From: Camelus dromedarius | Lineage: Eukaryota | NCBI RefSeq assembly: GCF_036321535.1 | Contig: NC_087454.1 | Coordinates: 17,422,001-17,486,000, forward strand | Direction: 5' to 3' | DNA: 64,000 nt | Shown here: positions 38,905-51,400 of the stretch, in pieces | How the letters are laid out: every line of letters starts with the position of its first letter | Numbering within the stretch: position 1 is the first letter of the stretch | Notes under the pieces: model-generated | The model's input: the letters and a program-made list of their open reading frames with translations, nothing else | Told to the model about the DNA's origin: nothing | The model's database searches: none | Position numbers and translations under genes: made by a program

Positions 38905-39561
38905 ATGTCCGAGACTGCGCCCGCCGCACCAGCTGCTCCGGCCCCTGCCGAGAAAACGCCAGTGAAGAAAAAGGCCCGTAAGTCTGCAGGTGCAGCGAAG
39001 CGTAAAGCGTCTGGGCCCCCAGTGTCCGAGCTCATTACCAAGGCTGTCGCCGCTTCCAAGGAGCGCAGTGGCGTATCCTTGGCTGCGCTCAAGAAGGCGC
39101 TAGCGGCTGCTGGCTACGACGTGGAGAAGAACAACAGCCGCATCAAGTTGGGTCTTAAGAGCCTGGTAAGTAAGGGCACCCTGGTTCAGACCAAGGGCAC
39201 TGGCGCCTCAGGTTCTTTCAAGCTCAACAAGAAGGCAGCTACTGGTGAAGCCAAGCCTAAGGCCAAGAAGGCGGGCGCGGCCAAACCCAAGAAGCCCGCA
39301 GGAGCTAAGAAGCCCAAGAAAGCGACTGGAGCAGCCACCCCTAAGAAGAGCGCCAAGAAGACCCCAAAGAAGGCGAAGAAGCCTGCTGCGGCTGCAGGAG
39401 CCAAAAAAGCAAAGAGCCCGAAAAAGGCAAAAGCAGCCAAGCCTAAGAAAGCACCCAAGAGCCCAGCGAAGGCCAAAGCGGTGAAACCTAAGGCGGCAAA
39501 ACCAAAGACCGCCAAGCCCAAGGCAGCCAAGCCAAAGAAGGCGGCAGCCAAGAAGAAGTAG
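38905..39561 (+). CDS. H1-4: Linker histone H1.4, 218 aa
   Basis: Complete [32 protein letters not shown]...[10 protein letters not shown]; ARKS motif; nearly identical to human H1.4 as recalled. Confidence 0.96.
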   Translation: MSETAPAAPAAPAPAEKTPVKKKARKSAGAAKRKASGPPVSELITKAVAASKERSGVSLAALKKALAAAGYDVEKNNSRIKLGLKSLVSKGTLVQTKGTGASGSFKLNKKAATGEAKPKAKKAGAAKPKKPAGAKKPKKATGAATPKKSAKKTPKKAKKPAAAAGAKKAKSPKKAKAAKPKKAPKSPAKAKAVKPKAAKPKTAKPKAAKPKKAAAKKK

Positions 39562-39605
39562 GAAGTTCCTTTGGCCAACTGCTTCGAAGCTCAACACAAC
39601 CCAAA

Positions 39606-39648
39606 GGCTCTTTTCAGAGCCACCCACCGATCTCAGGAAAAGAGCTGT
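39606..39648 (+). terminator. Histone stem-loop and HDE of H1-4
   Basis: GGCTCTTTTCAGAGCC at 39606-39621; AAAGAGCTGT at 39639-39648. Confidence 0.95.
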
Positions 39649-40297
39649 TGCACACTGGAAGGGGGCGTGGCTGGGAGGATGACAGTGATGGGCGGGCCTT
39701 CGGGGATTGGGATGCGAGGTGCTTAACTCCGCGCCTCCTAGAATATGCAGGCGCTTTTTAAAGAGCGGTTCTCAGCGTCGATGTATGGGGAAACGGAGTT
39801 GAGCATTATACCTTGTTTCGGCCTCCGGAACTCTGAGAAAAAGGATAGGGAGTCGGTAGCAGTTAATGTCGCCTTCAAAAGTGCCCTCGTTTCCGCCTTT
39901 TCCGTCACTATACTGTTAGACGAGTTACCCAAATGTAACTTTACCTGTAGCAAAAGTTAACTAGGACTTTAGAGAAGATTAAGCAGTGCTTTGAGAGGGT
40001 GACTAACTCGGCACGGCGAAGGTGTTGGTTCCGAATTGTTAGCACCTGGAAGCCAGACAAAGCGCTTAACAAACCACAGCCTTGACCACCCGCCCCAGCT
40101 GAACATCAACATGGCCCCTATGTGCCGGTACCCAGAATCAACGCAGGAAATACTCCTAGATAACAAAGCAGTTGCCACCGGCTACAAACAAAACTGGCAA
40201 GCTATTCAGTTTTGTCTGCTTGCCTTCATTTCAGAAACAGCTTAAGATCTCAAAGTCTATTTGTACTAGCTATGGGTAGTCTAGTCTACGCCCTCTG

Positions 40298-40890
<593 letters not shown>

Positions 40891-40927
40891 NNNNNNNNNN
40901 NNNNNNNNNNNTACACCTAATCTCAAG

Positions 40928-40969
40928 GGCTCTTTTAAGAGCCATGCATGTTTTCAGTAAATGAGTTGT
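40928..40969 (+). terminator. Histone stem-loop and weak HDE of H2BC5
   Basis: GGCTCTTTTAAGAGCC at 40928-40943; AAATGAGTTGT downstream. Confidence 0.88.
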
Positions 40970-43304
40970 ATCCTTTTATTCCAAAGGCGATTTTTCAGAT
41001 TTGTCCTGCCAAATTCTAAGCTCCACTACCATTCTTTAATGTTTTAATGTACTTATGGAGGAAGTAATTGTAGGAAACCTAGACAACGTGCCATAAACTG
41101 CGCGCTCACTACGGGCAAGTACAGTCCCATAGAACTATAAATTATGTAGTATCACATAGCCAGATACTAACTTACACTGAAAATGCCATTTCAAGTGTAC
41201 AGCTTTCCTTTCCGTGTGTAGGTCTACAAGTTGATCCTGCCTTTGATCCCGGATTTGGCGATCACCGCTTACTCAGAGCACAAAAGCATGCTCTGACTAC
41301 TTCATTCTGCTCAGTTTTTCTTTTCCGTTTTTCTTCTCTTTTTCTAAGTATATAGACATGTGTTTCTGAACAAAAAAAGGCTGAAGACAATGTGAGTTAT
41401 CACAGAAATAATTATAAAGGGTTTTCTGGTTTGCTTTCTTGAAAATTGGTCCAATTTTCGCTGGAGGCTCTGAGCAGCGGGTGGGGGAGGTGGGGAAGGA
41501 GCCTGTGCTCCATCCTAAAGGCACCGAGGGAGAAGAACGGGAAGCCTTCTTTGACACGCCTTCCAGTCAATCTTGTCAGTTACTATACTTTCATTCTCTG
41601 AAAGTCCTAATCAATTTATAGTCCTTCGGTAGCATTCAGATTTAAGGTCCTCAGGGTTACAAGACAGAAACCCACTCCTCAATCCGTTAAGATGTCTTGA
41701 CTCAGGACTGACGCCCCCTTTACAGCACCGTTTCCTCTTTCCCGGATGTCCCCGAGCATTGAGGGAGGAGAGGAAGTAGAAAGGGAAGAAAAGCCCCTTC
41801 TGGCTGGATGTGGTTTTACTGCACGATGTAGGATAGCTTTAAGGGTGTTCGCTGCTGGAACAGATTTGTGGGGAAGTTAAATCTCTGGAATCTCGAAAAA
41901 GGGGCTGGGAGGGAGTGGCCTGGAGGAAAGGAATCAGTGGTCAGAGGTCACCAAGAAAACTGCAAAGTAGATGAGGCTGGAAAGGGAGGCAAGTGCTGGT
42001 TGAGGTGGAGAGTTTAGAAAGGGGGTGTTGTTGTCTAAGAGAGGAATGAATTTAGAAACCCTAGGGTTTGGGAGAAGGTGAGAACCCTAAACAGGTGCTC
42101 TGGATCACGGAGATAGATTTTCCATAATAGGGCAAGTGGGTACTTGGATGGACAATTAAAATCCAAAATAATACTTAAATTTACAAAACACTGTGAAGAG
42201 CCACTATGAAATAAGGAACTCTCATTCCCAGGTGCTTGACCCAGGGAAACCCCAAACACCACAGCTAGCTTTCACCCAAACCTGAGCTTTGATTTTTAGA
42301 GTGTTATGTGAAGCCTGTCCGTAGTGGGGAGCATGATAAGGACTCTTTCCCACTGAAGCTGAGACACTAGACCAAAATGAACTAGAAATAAACACTCACA
42401 CACTCACCATAGATGATTGCAAAATCTGCCCTGACCCTTGGTGCTGAACAAGGAGATTCCACCACTGAGAATTTGGCCTATAAGCCAGCGTTCACACGCA
42501 TTTCTTTCAGCATTAATACCACAGGGATTCAAAGCACCTAGGCTGAGAATTTAATATAGAGATAACCCCGACTGGTTTAGTGCCCCTGAGCACCTGGTAA
42601 AAGCAAATACAAGTCCTCTCTCGAAGAATAAGCTTCATTTTAGGCCTCCACAGATAAATATCAAAAAGAAAAAAAAAAATGAGCAGTTTCACAACCAAAA
42701 TTAACCAGAAACACCATGAAACAAGTAACCATGACCAAGAGCAATGAACTATGAGAAAAAAGCTAACATAAAAATTTATTTAAAATATAGGTATTGAAAC
42801 TGATGATTGAGAAATACTAAAAAAATTACAATGTTTAAAGTGTAAGATAACTGATTAAGAGTTAAAGAAGAATCTAAAGAATTGAGTCATGAAAGCTTAT
42901 AAGGAGATTCTTGTGTGTCAAAATGCCCTAGTAAATTGTACCATGGCACTAGTTTTTTATTTATAAATGATGGTAAGAGTACTTACATGTCAATTCATTT
43001 AAAAGATAATCATTAACTATCTCTGGCTTAGTCATCTATATGGACACTGGTGATTCAGAGAAACATGGTCGTCCTTGACTTCCTGAAACCCTCAAGTTTG
43101 TAAGGCTGTCAAGGAAGCTTAGACTTAACTGCTTTCATATTCCTTTATCTTTCAATAAGAACCAAAAAAGTGTTTATCACTCTTTGCAAATCTACAGGCA
43201 GGTAAACAGATGGGCTTCTATGGGAACTACCAAATTCATTCAATGAAGGCGATAAAATTCATCCCAATTTTTGAGTAATAAATATTATACAGTAATATTA
43301 ATAC

Positions 43305-43915
43305 TATTGTGACACAGTGCAATGCTTAGGAACAGTCCATAAGACCGCACTCACATCTGACACCAACTGCAGTGTTCAGAGTTCTCTCCAAAGCCACCCT
43401 TGGATTAGATAATTTAATAGAAGGACTCACAGAACTCACCAAAAGCTATTATACTCAACGTTAGTGTTTATTAGACCAAAGGACACAAAGCAAAATCAGC
43501 AAAGGGAAGAGAACATGAAGCAGAGTCTAGTCATTTGCCAGCGGAGTTATGGAACGTTAACAACACCTCCCTGCAACAATGTGTGACAGCATAATGCATA
43601 TTGCCAACTAGGGAAACTCACCTAAGCATTTTATGAGGCCTTTATCACGTAGACACGATCGACCACCTGAGTGGCTGATCTTGAGTCTCCAGTTCCTCTG
43701 GAGGTAGTACAGATACAGCATGGCCTAAAGCCCCCAACATGAATGATATTATTCCACTAGTCCATTAGTGGAATATGGACCTATGATCCTATTAGCTCAA
43801 GGCCTCCTGGTAAACAAAGATATTCTTAACATGCATTCCAAGGGCCTAAAAGTTACCTTCCAGCAAAGGGCAAAGGCTAAACCTCTTTCGATAAGGTTAA
43901 TTCTGAACATAATCA
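43305..43915. mobile_element. MER21-like LTR
   Basis: cataagaccgcactcacatctgacaccaactgc...ggactcacagaactcaccaaaagc...aaaatcagcaaagggaagag. Confidence 0.6.
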
Positions 43916-45208
43916 TAAGAAAATATGTAAGTATGACTTTTTTTTTTCCAATTTTGAACTATATATCTATCAGTGACCATAACTTGAGTTCTACAACTAT
44001 TTGCTTTTTTATGATTGTACTATCACATAGTTTTGTATATTTAGGTCACCTGTGGACCTAGAGATTATGAGATTTCTGATGGAAGACAATTTTTCATACT
44101 TTATTCAGATGAACAGCATCAGCAGTCTTCTTGATTTGTACTCCCAACTGCCCTCCAAACCCTAGGTGCAGGAAAAGAAGACTTAGGAAGGGTGAAGGTC
44201 AACATTGGGGGAATGTGGGTATTCTTCACCTTCATGTTGGTGGCGTGGGCATTTAGTGCTACATAGAAGAAAAAACTCAGTTTCTTGACATGAAAACAGC
44301 ACTTGACTTTCCTTTTCATAAACGATGAAATCTGCTGCCATGCACAGAGAACAGGAATTGTAGAAAAGTAAAGGAGTTATGCTTTAGGATTTTATTTAAG
44401 TTTTTAACAGTGAATGTTAAGTTGTGTTTTATAAATACAAAACAAGTATCCCAGCCAAATTATGGGTATTTTTTAAGAAAAGAAGGAGGAGGATCATGGG
44501 AGAAAAAGAAAGGTGAGAGAAATTGAGGACTCAGAAAAAGTATGGAAGAAGTAGACTGCTACTACAGAAGGGAGAGAAAGGGCCTGGAGACCAAAGAGAA
44601 GCCTATAGCGGACTGTGATGGGAGAGAGGCAGGAAAAGAAAAGAGGGAGATGGCTAGATTGACCTTATGATATATTTAGTATTTTTGCCAGGTATAAGAC
44701 TTGCAACACAACTGAAATATTCTCCACATTTCTTGGGTTTTCGGTTGACTGAATTGATTAAAATGGTATATCTGGGAGATGTTCTCTGACCAGTAGATGT
44801 AAAATGTCACCTCTCTCTTCACATTTTTTAACTTGCTCTATTCATTCTTCTTCATTATACTTAGTGCTAATTGACATAAATTTATTTTTTGTTTCCCTTT
44901 CCCATTGTCAAGACTGTTAATCTCCATTGGGGCAGGGTTAGTATTTTTTACCACTGACTCTGTAATACCTTGGCTGTTCCAGACACAGACTAGGCTCTCA
45001 GTAAGTATTTGCAGCACGATGTGATGAATTAATTGAAATACATATATGTCTATAACAATAAAGATAGAGCACAGGGCTGATTTTTGAGAATATTCAACTG
45101 AATGAGTGACTCAGCCTTTCTGAGTCTCACTTTCTTCATCTATAAAAGGAGAATAAAAATCATACACTACTTAGAGTTATTTTAAGGACTAAGATAATTT
45201 ATGTAAGG

Positions 45209-45335
45209 AGGGGAGGGTATATTGCTTAGTGGTAGAGTGGGTTTCAATCCCCAGTACCTCCATTAAACAAACAAACAAACAAACAAAGAAACCTAATTAT
45301 GCCCTCAAAAATTAAGAAGAAAAAATATTTTTTAA
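45209..45335 (+). mobile_element. tRNA-Ala-derived SINE with internal deletion
   Basis: ggggagggtatattgcttagtggtagagtg-ggtttcaatccccagtacctccattaaacaaacaaac. Confidence 0.75.
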
Positions 45336-45807
45336 AGTTTAACAAAAATTGAAACCGTTTTTTTTTTTGTTTTTTTTTTTTTGTTTTTTTTTAAGAAGAG
45401 ATCATTTGTGTAAAGCTCTTAAAAAGTTATGGACATTTAGTAAGCACTTGGCAGTTGTATTTTCCTTAGTCACTAAATTAAAACGAAAATCAGAGAAGCT
45501 AATTCTTTTCAGATCAAAAATTAAGAGAGAGAATATAAGCTTTTTATCTATTTGAATTCTACCCCGAGGGGTAATTGGGGGATTTGGAACAAAGATTACA
45601 TTATTGAGGAATATCTCTTGACTGAGTATGATTTAAGTCATTATCTGTTCATGTTAGTAATGACTAAAGTGTGCATAACACTGGAGGGGAGATTCCTTGT
45701 AGCACATTATACAAGCATATGTAAACAGATCCCTCTTCATTGTGTAGCAAATATTAGTGCTAATGGCAAAATGGCACCTAACATATAAACCTTTTTTATT
45801 TCTTCAG

Positions 45808-46205
45808 TCAGGGGAGCGATATGAGTGCAAGAAGAACTGAATGCAAGCAGAAAGTGAAAATGAGAATCTGGCTAGAGAAGTTATGAAGTATGATGTCCAA
45901 TCTGCCTGAGATGATTGATTAGTCTGTATATCCCACACAAATCCTATCCATCTGATTTACTGCACATTGATTTATCAAAAGGTGATCATTACCTGAGTGG
46001 AAGAGCATAAACAAGGTGTTTTAGCTTTTTCATTGTATTTATATTTGAATTAAAGAAATAGAATTTACTTCTGTTACAGGCCTAATTACAGGAATTCACT
46101 ACTTACTGTGGACTACCTACCTTTGCTGGGGAAAGCCTGAATGAAAGGATGGCAAGACATCTGTAAATGAGATGCTATAATTAATAAAATCTGTGGATAA
46201 TTGGA
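45808..46205 (+). other. Candidate distal non-coding terminal exon of H2BC5 (spliced, polyadenylated isoform)
   Basis: Branch-like CTAAC 45778-45782; pyrimidine tract ccttttttatttcttCAG| ending at 45807; AATAAA 46183-46188; U/GU-rich sequence downstream. Confidence 0.7.
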
Positions 46206-46402
46206 ATGCTTCATTCATTGTTGATTCAAATCCTTCTCCTAAGATCTCTCCCCCTTCTAGACATACAATTTATTTATTTTTTCATTTTATTTTTTGGTAT
46301 TAATTTCTCAGTAGATAAGTCCTAAGTGCTATTTTGCCTTTGGTAACAATCTTGAATCAAACGAGTTAGTTTAGCTAAGCTGACATTTGAGAGGTCACCT
46401 TC

Positions 46403-46780
46403 TGTTGCCAAATCCTGTTTCCTGTACCCTGGTATCTAATCAAGGCTCAGAGACACAGAATTTTAGGGAAGAGGAAAGAATAGCTTTATTTCTTTGCCAG
46501 ACAAAGGGGGTCACAGTGGGCTACTGCCTCAGGAGTGCGAAGCTGGTTTGGGGAAGAGTTGTGGGGAGTTTTATAGTGAAAATCCAAGGAACAGTGCTTG
46601 GAATAGGACGCAGGGCTGCATTCCTTCCTTCTTTGATACAATCACAGTGGTAAACGGTAATCTGGTGACAAGGTCTTCTGTTCCTGGCAGTGAACAAGGC
46701 ATATCTCCTGACATTCCTGTGCCTGGAACAAAGGAAAGGAAGGGGTGTATATGTTGGGAAAAGAAAAAATACGTGCAGTT

Positions 46781-46838
<58 letters not shown>

Positions 46839-46919
46839 GCTCAAAAATGTCTCAGAGTGAGAAGCCATTTGAGGTTACCATTAAGTGACTATAACCACTG
46901 TGCCCACTGTGCGGTTGCA
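46403..46919 (-). mobile_element. ERV1-type solo LTR with 4-bp TSD
   Basis: TG...CA termini; TSD CTTC at 46399-46402 and 46920-46923; minus-strand AATAAA within aatagctttatttctttgcc. Confidence 0.75.
46783..46834. repeat. (AC)26 microsatellite inside the LTR
   Basis: Uninterrupted AC run. Confidence 0.95.
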
Positions 46920-46957
46920 CTTCAACATCCGAATTAAGTGGAACACAGTATTTTGAA

Positions 46958-47163
46958 GCAGTTTCAAACTTAAGTGTACGCTAAAATCACCTGAAGGATT
47001 TTTTAAAAAGATCGCTTTGAGATCACTCTGAGGGCCCCACGTCACAGTGTTCTGATTCACTGCAACTGGAGGAGGACCCAATCATTTGGATTTCTAAATT
47101 ATGAAGGTGATGCTGATGCTGATGCTGCCGGTCCAGGGATAACACTTGGAGAACTGTGCTTTA
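46958..47163. mobile_element. MER5-like hAT-Charlie element
   Basis: aaaatcacctgaaggattttttaaaa...ttctgattca...ggtgatgctgatgct...cacttggagaactgtgcttta. Confidence 0.6.
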
Positions 47164-47289
47164 GGACATGGGGTTTCCCTGAGATGATACTACCAAACAG
47201 CTGCACAAAACCGAAAAAACACATTGAGGTTTAAACTGGAAGTCAGTACTGAAAATTAGTACCTCCTCCCGGTGCGGCCATGCTGGGGT

Positions 47290-47750
47290 GCAAAGTACAA
47301 AGTGGGCCCTACACGCCCCGCCTCTGCCGGCTCCTAGTAACCAAGGCCCACACGCCGACTCCCTCATTGGGCAGTCCTGCCACGCCCCTCCATGCCGGCT
47401 CCCTCATTGGGCATTCCTGTCACGCCCCTCAATGTCGGCTCCCTCATTGGGGCGTCTCGCTCAGCCACGCGTCCCTCCGCTCCCCGCAGAGCCGCAAGCT
47501 ACGTATACACCGGGTAACGCCATTCGCGCTCCTCCACTCCGGCCTGCAGTTTGAACCCGCGAGGTTTCCCTGTGGCCGCCCCTGCTAGTGCGCAGACTCT
47601 GCCGACGCAGCCTCTCTCTTCTGGCAACCACAGGACGCCGGAGAGTCCGAACGATGCGCTGGGTCATTCGCAGATAAAGACACAGAACCGAGCAGTCTGA
47701 AGACCAAGAAGCAAGGCAACAGCCCCCCTCCTCACCCCCTCATTGGTTTT
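47290..47750. promoter_or_regulatory. Orphan CpG-rich promoter-like element with CCAAT/GT-box repeats
   Basis: High CpG density; ATTGG at 47366, 47406, 47446 and 47742; CACGCCC boxes; no adjacent histone CDS. Confidence 0.6.
47355..47451. repeat. 40-bp tandem repeat, about 2.4 copies
   Basis: ccgactccctcattgggcagtcctgccacgcccctccatg / ccggctccctcattgggcattcctgtcacgcccctcaatg / tcggctccctcattggg. Confidence 0.9.
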
Positions 47751-48363
47751 TCTCCTCCTCTCCCAACTTTTTTCTGAGTTGCCATTTCCTTCATAGCTAA
47801 TCCCCGGGAGGCCTGCCTTGCACCACCTCTGCTTATTGTCAGCACTTTTATCGGGCACTTTGTGTGAGTATTAAGTGCGTGTATACGTGGATGCACGCAG
47901 AGCCTGCATCCATTAGGCATAGCGGACACAGGGTCTACGACCCAGAGTACTTTTAGAGGCTCGCGAAGATACTTGAATTGCTTCTAAACTTTTAGGTCGA
48001 CGGAAACATTCTAATATATTGATGTTTTGATTTTTATATAATTTTAGTAATAATATCCTTTTTGTTATTATTTTTATGGAGGAAGGGATCCAGAACGGCA
48101 GATGCGCAGGACCCACAACAGATAATGCAGACTTGAGTGCGGGTAGCACGGACCCGTTTTCAGTTGTTTCTACTTAGTTAAAAAAAATTTTTTTTAATGG
48201 TAAATAAACACCCAGGCAAATTTTCAAGTGCTTTCTAGATGTTAACTCGTTTAATTCCCATAAAACATCTGTGAACTGTTATCCCAGCTTTACCTGCTTG
48301 TATGAATTACCCAAAATTCAAAATAATTTACCCAATGTTACCCAGCTAATATATGGCAGAGGG

Positions 48364-48503
48364 TACATAGCGCAGTGGTAGGGTGCATGCTTAGGATGCG
48401 CAAGGTCCTGGGTTCAATCCCTAGTATCTCCATTAAAAAGTAAGTAAATAAATAAACATGATAACCTCCCCCGGCAAAAAAAGAAAGAAAGATATAGATA
48501 CAG
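48364..48503 (+). mobile_element. tRNA-Ala-derived SINE with 13-bp TSD, inserted in a MIR
   Basis: TSD atatggcagaggg at 48351-48363 and 48504-48516; tagcgcagtggtagggtgcatgcttaggatgcgcaaggtcctgggttcaatccc. Confidence 0.85.
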
Positions 48504-48769
48504 ATATGGCAGAGGGAATTCTAACCCAGCCTGGTTAGCTCCAGGGTCCCTGACCTAAAAACCATTACACTAAAGATACTATCTTGAGATACCTCTAAAC
48601 AATTAATCCAAAAAAACAGCAGGTAAGATAACCACTTAACTCTAGACAGGCTACTCTGAGCCCTCTTCTCCACTTGGCCTTTAACAAAGTTGAACAAGAC
48701 TTGAACACTATTATACTGCACTAGCATACTTTGTAACAGCTCAAGGCCTAGGATGACCCCTCTTACAAA

Positions 48770-51239
48770 GCCTACCCCAAGTCAAGACCTATTCCTTTTA
48801 TCTTTTTCCTTTTCTGTTTTGTCTTTGTTAGTTTTTTAAGAATCATCTTGACTATTTTTGCTCATCAACATGAATTTTACAGTGCTTTATCAAAAAATCC
48901 AGTGAGTCTTTGTGGCATAACATTGAAATTTTAGGTTATTTTTAAATGTATGGACATTTTAGCATATTGAGACATCCCCAAACATAAAAATAGTCCAGCA
49001 TACATCACTTAATTTAGGTGAGTCTTGTTTCATATCCTTTAACAGCACTTCATAGTTTTATTCTTAGAGATCTGCAATACATTCCCTTGGGCTTAGAATC
49101 CTTAGAATGTGTTGTACTGTTGTGAATGATGTCTGTTTTATTTATTTCAATTCTAGATAGATCATTGCTTGCTAATGTATAGAAAAGGCCATGAATTATT
49201 GTTTTGTGGTGCGCATTTATTCACCAACCCTGTTGAGCTTATTAGAGATAATTGTTTATAGCTTCTCCTGGATTTTTTACAATGACATATTATTTTCAAA
49301 GAATAAATATAACATCTTTTCTTATTGAATTCTTACCCTTCTCATTTCTAGTCCTTGTCTCATCGTTTTGGCAGAACCCTTGGTGCCATGCAGAATAGGA
49401 GTGATACCACGGAATTTTTGTCTTTCTTTTGGCTCTTTGGGGAGTCTTCTAAAATTATACCATTAAATGTTAAGCTCACTGTAGCTACTCCTTATGAAGT
49501 AAGTAGCTACTACTTCTCGTTCTAGTCTGTTGAAAAATGTTTGTGATGAAGGAGCATTATATTCTAGCAAATACTTTCCCAGTATCCTTGGAGATGATAA
49601 CAGTTTTTATCTATTAATATCTTAAATTTGTGATGTAAAACACATGGAAGCATTCTTGGATAAACCCTACAAGACATACTATTGTTTTTTAAACAGTTTG
49701 GTCTCTTGCTTTCCATTTGTTTACATTTAAAATAGAGATTTATTTATTTATTTTTTTTAATTTGTAAGTAAGATGAGGCTATAATTTTCTCTCAATCTGT
49801 TTCTTTGTGTGTGTGTTGTTCCTGTTTAGTTTAGGTGAAGTTATAAAACTTGAGAAGAAAAAAAGGATAGCTATTTTTCTATTGAAACAGCTTATGTAAA
49901 ATAGGGATTATCAATTACTTAAATTTCACTAAAACCTATAAAACCCAACTTTGCTTGGAATTCTTTGGGTTGAAGAATATAGGAAAGATACATTTTTAAA
50001 CCCCCATCATATTTCCTTAATCATACTTTGTTTTCTCAGCCTATTCTTCTTCTTGAAATTATCGTTTTCTATTAAGAATAATGTTTTTCTAAAGATTGTT
50101 CATAGCATTCTCATGATTCTTTCTATCTACCTTTTGGTAGCTAATTTCCCTTTTTTATTCCTATAACTTATTTTCCCCTCCCTCCCACACACTTTTTTTC
50201 CTTAACTAGTCTTTCTAAAGGTTTGCCTATTATCATGAGACTTTTCAAAGAACAAGCTTGTGATTTATGGATCATCTCCATTTTTTCTATTTAATTAATT
50301 GTTCCTTTTAAATTTCAAAAATTGACATTGAGAATAATATGTCAACATACAAATCCATGAGAACCTATAAACAATTAGATCTAATAGAGCTCAACAGGAT
50401 TGATGGATAGATGAGAACCACATAAAAAATTATGGCCTTTCTGTACATTAGCAGAGACCTATCTTGAATTGAAATAGAAAAACCAGGCATCATTCACAAG
50501 AGTGCAACACATTCTAAGAATTCTAAGTCCAACTTTATCTGCTTTATTTTGATTTATTCTCTTGTTCTTTTTCTAGCTTTTTTTTTTTGATAAATACCTA
50601 TTTCATATGTCTTTAGTGTTTCTTTTCCTTCATACATACGTCTAATATTGTATATTTCCATTTCAGTACCACTTCTGATACATCCTACAATTTTCACATG
50701 TATTATTCTCATTCATATTTGTCTCAGAATATAAGTTTCCCTTAATGATATTCATTCTAATCCATGAAATTTAGAGGTGTGCTTTTAGTATCCAGTAATA
50801 TGGGAAGATTGTTTTAGTTTTACTATCTTTAAAATAACCTTTTTTTTTTCTCTTTAATTAGACGATGAAAAAGAGTACAGTGTTTATGAAACTGATTCTT
50901 TGGTATCTATTGTAACTTTTTCTAAAACCAAGGTTGAATTTTTGAAATGATTAAATATGTGCTTTCCAAAATTGTTTATTCTCTACGTATTAAGTGCAGG
51001 AATCATAGATCAAGTTTACTCATTGTGTTGTTCAAATATTCTGTAACCATGCACATTGTTCTTTGCTTGTTATGTGAATTTTTGAGTAGTATATTGAAAG
51101 TTTACCCTACAATCATAAACTTGAAGTTCCCCCAATTCTGTCATTTATTGCCTTACGTAGTGGTTGAGTGGTCAGGTGCATACAAGGTCTTGAATGTTAC
51201 ATCTTATCAGTACATCTTTATTTGGTCACCGTGGAGTGT

Positions 51240-51271
<32 letters not shown>

Positions 51272-51400
51272 TTTCTAGAGGTTCTGTTTTGTTATTTTTT
51301 GATTACCCTACTTAGATTTTCCCTTGTTCCTTGATTGTATTATTCCATCTTTATTTCTTTAACCTTTCAGTAAATAGTTACCTTACTGTTTCTGATCATT
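48770..51400 (-). mobile_element. Degraded old L1 fragments
   Basis: T-rich L1-like antisense sequence (cattaaatgttaagctcactgtag, ttttcaaagaacaagctt, aagtgcaggaatc); boundaries rough. Confidence 0.5.

Noticed and set aside
39186-39627. Antisense and alternate-frame ORFs over H1-4, H1t, H2B and H4
   Set aside because: Expected shadows of GC-rich, Lys/Ala-biased histone codons
39900-40260. Decayed divergent H2A upstream of H2BC5 (and the same search upstream of H2BC6)
   Set aside because: Only a few scattered matches such as AAGCAGACAAAACT; no alignable H2A frame
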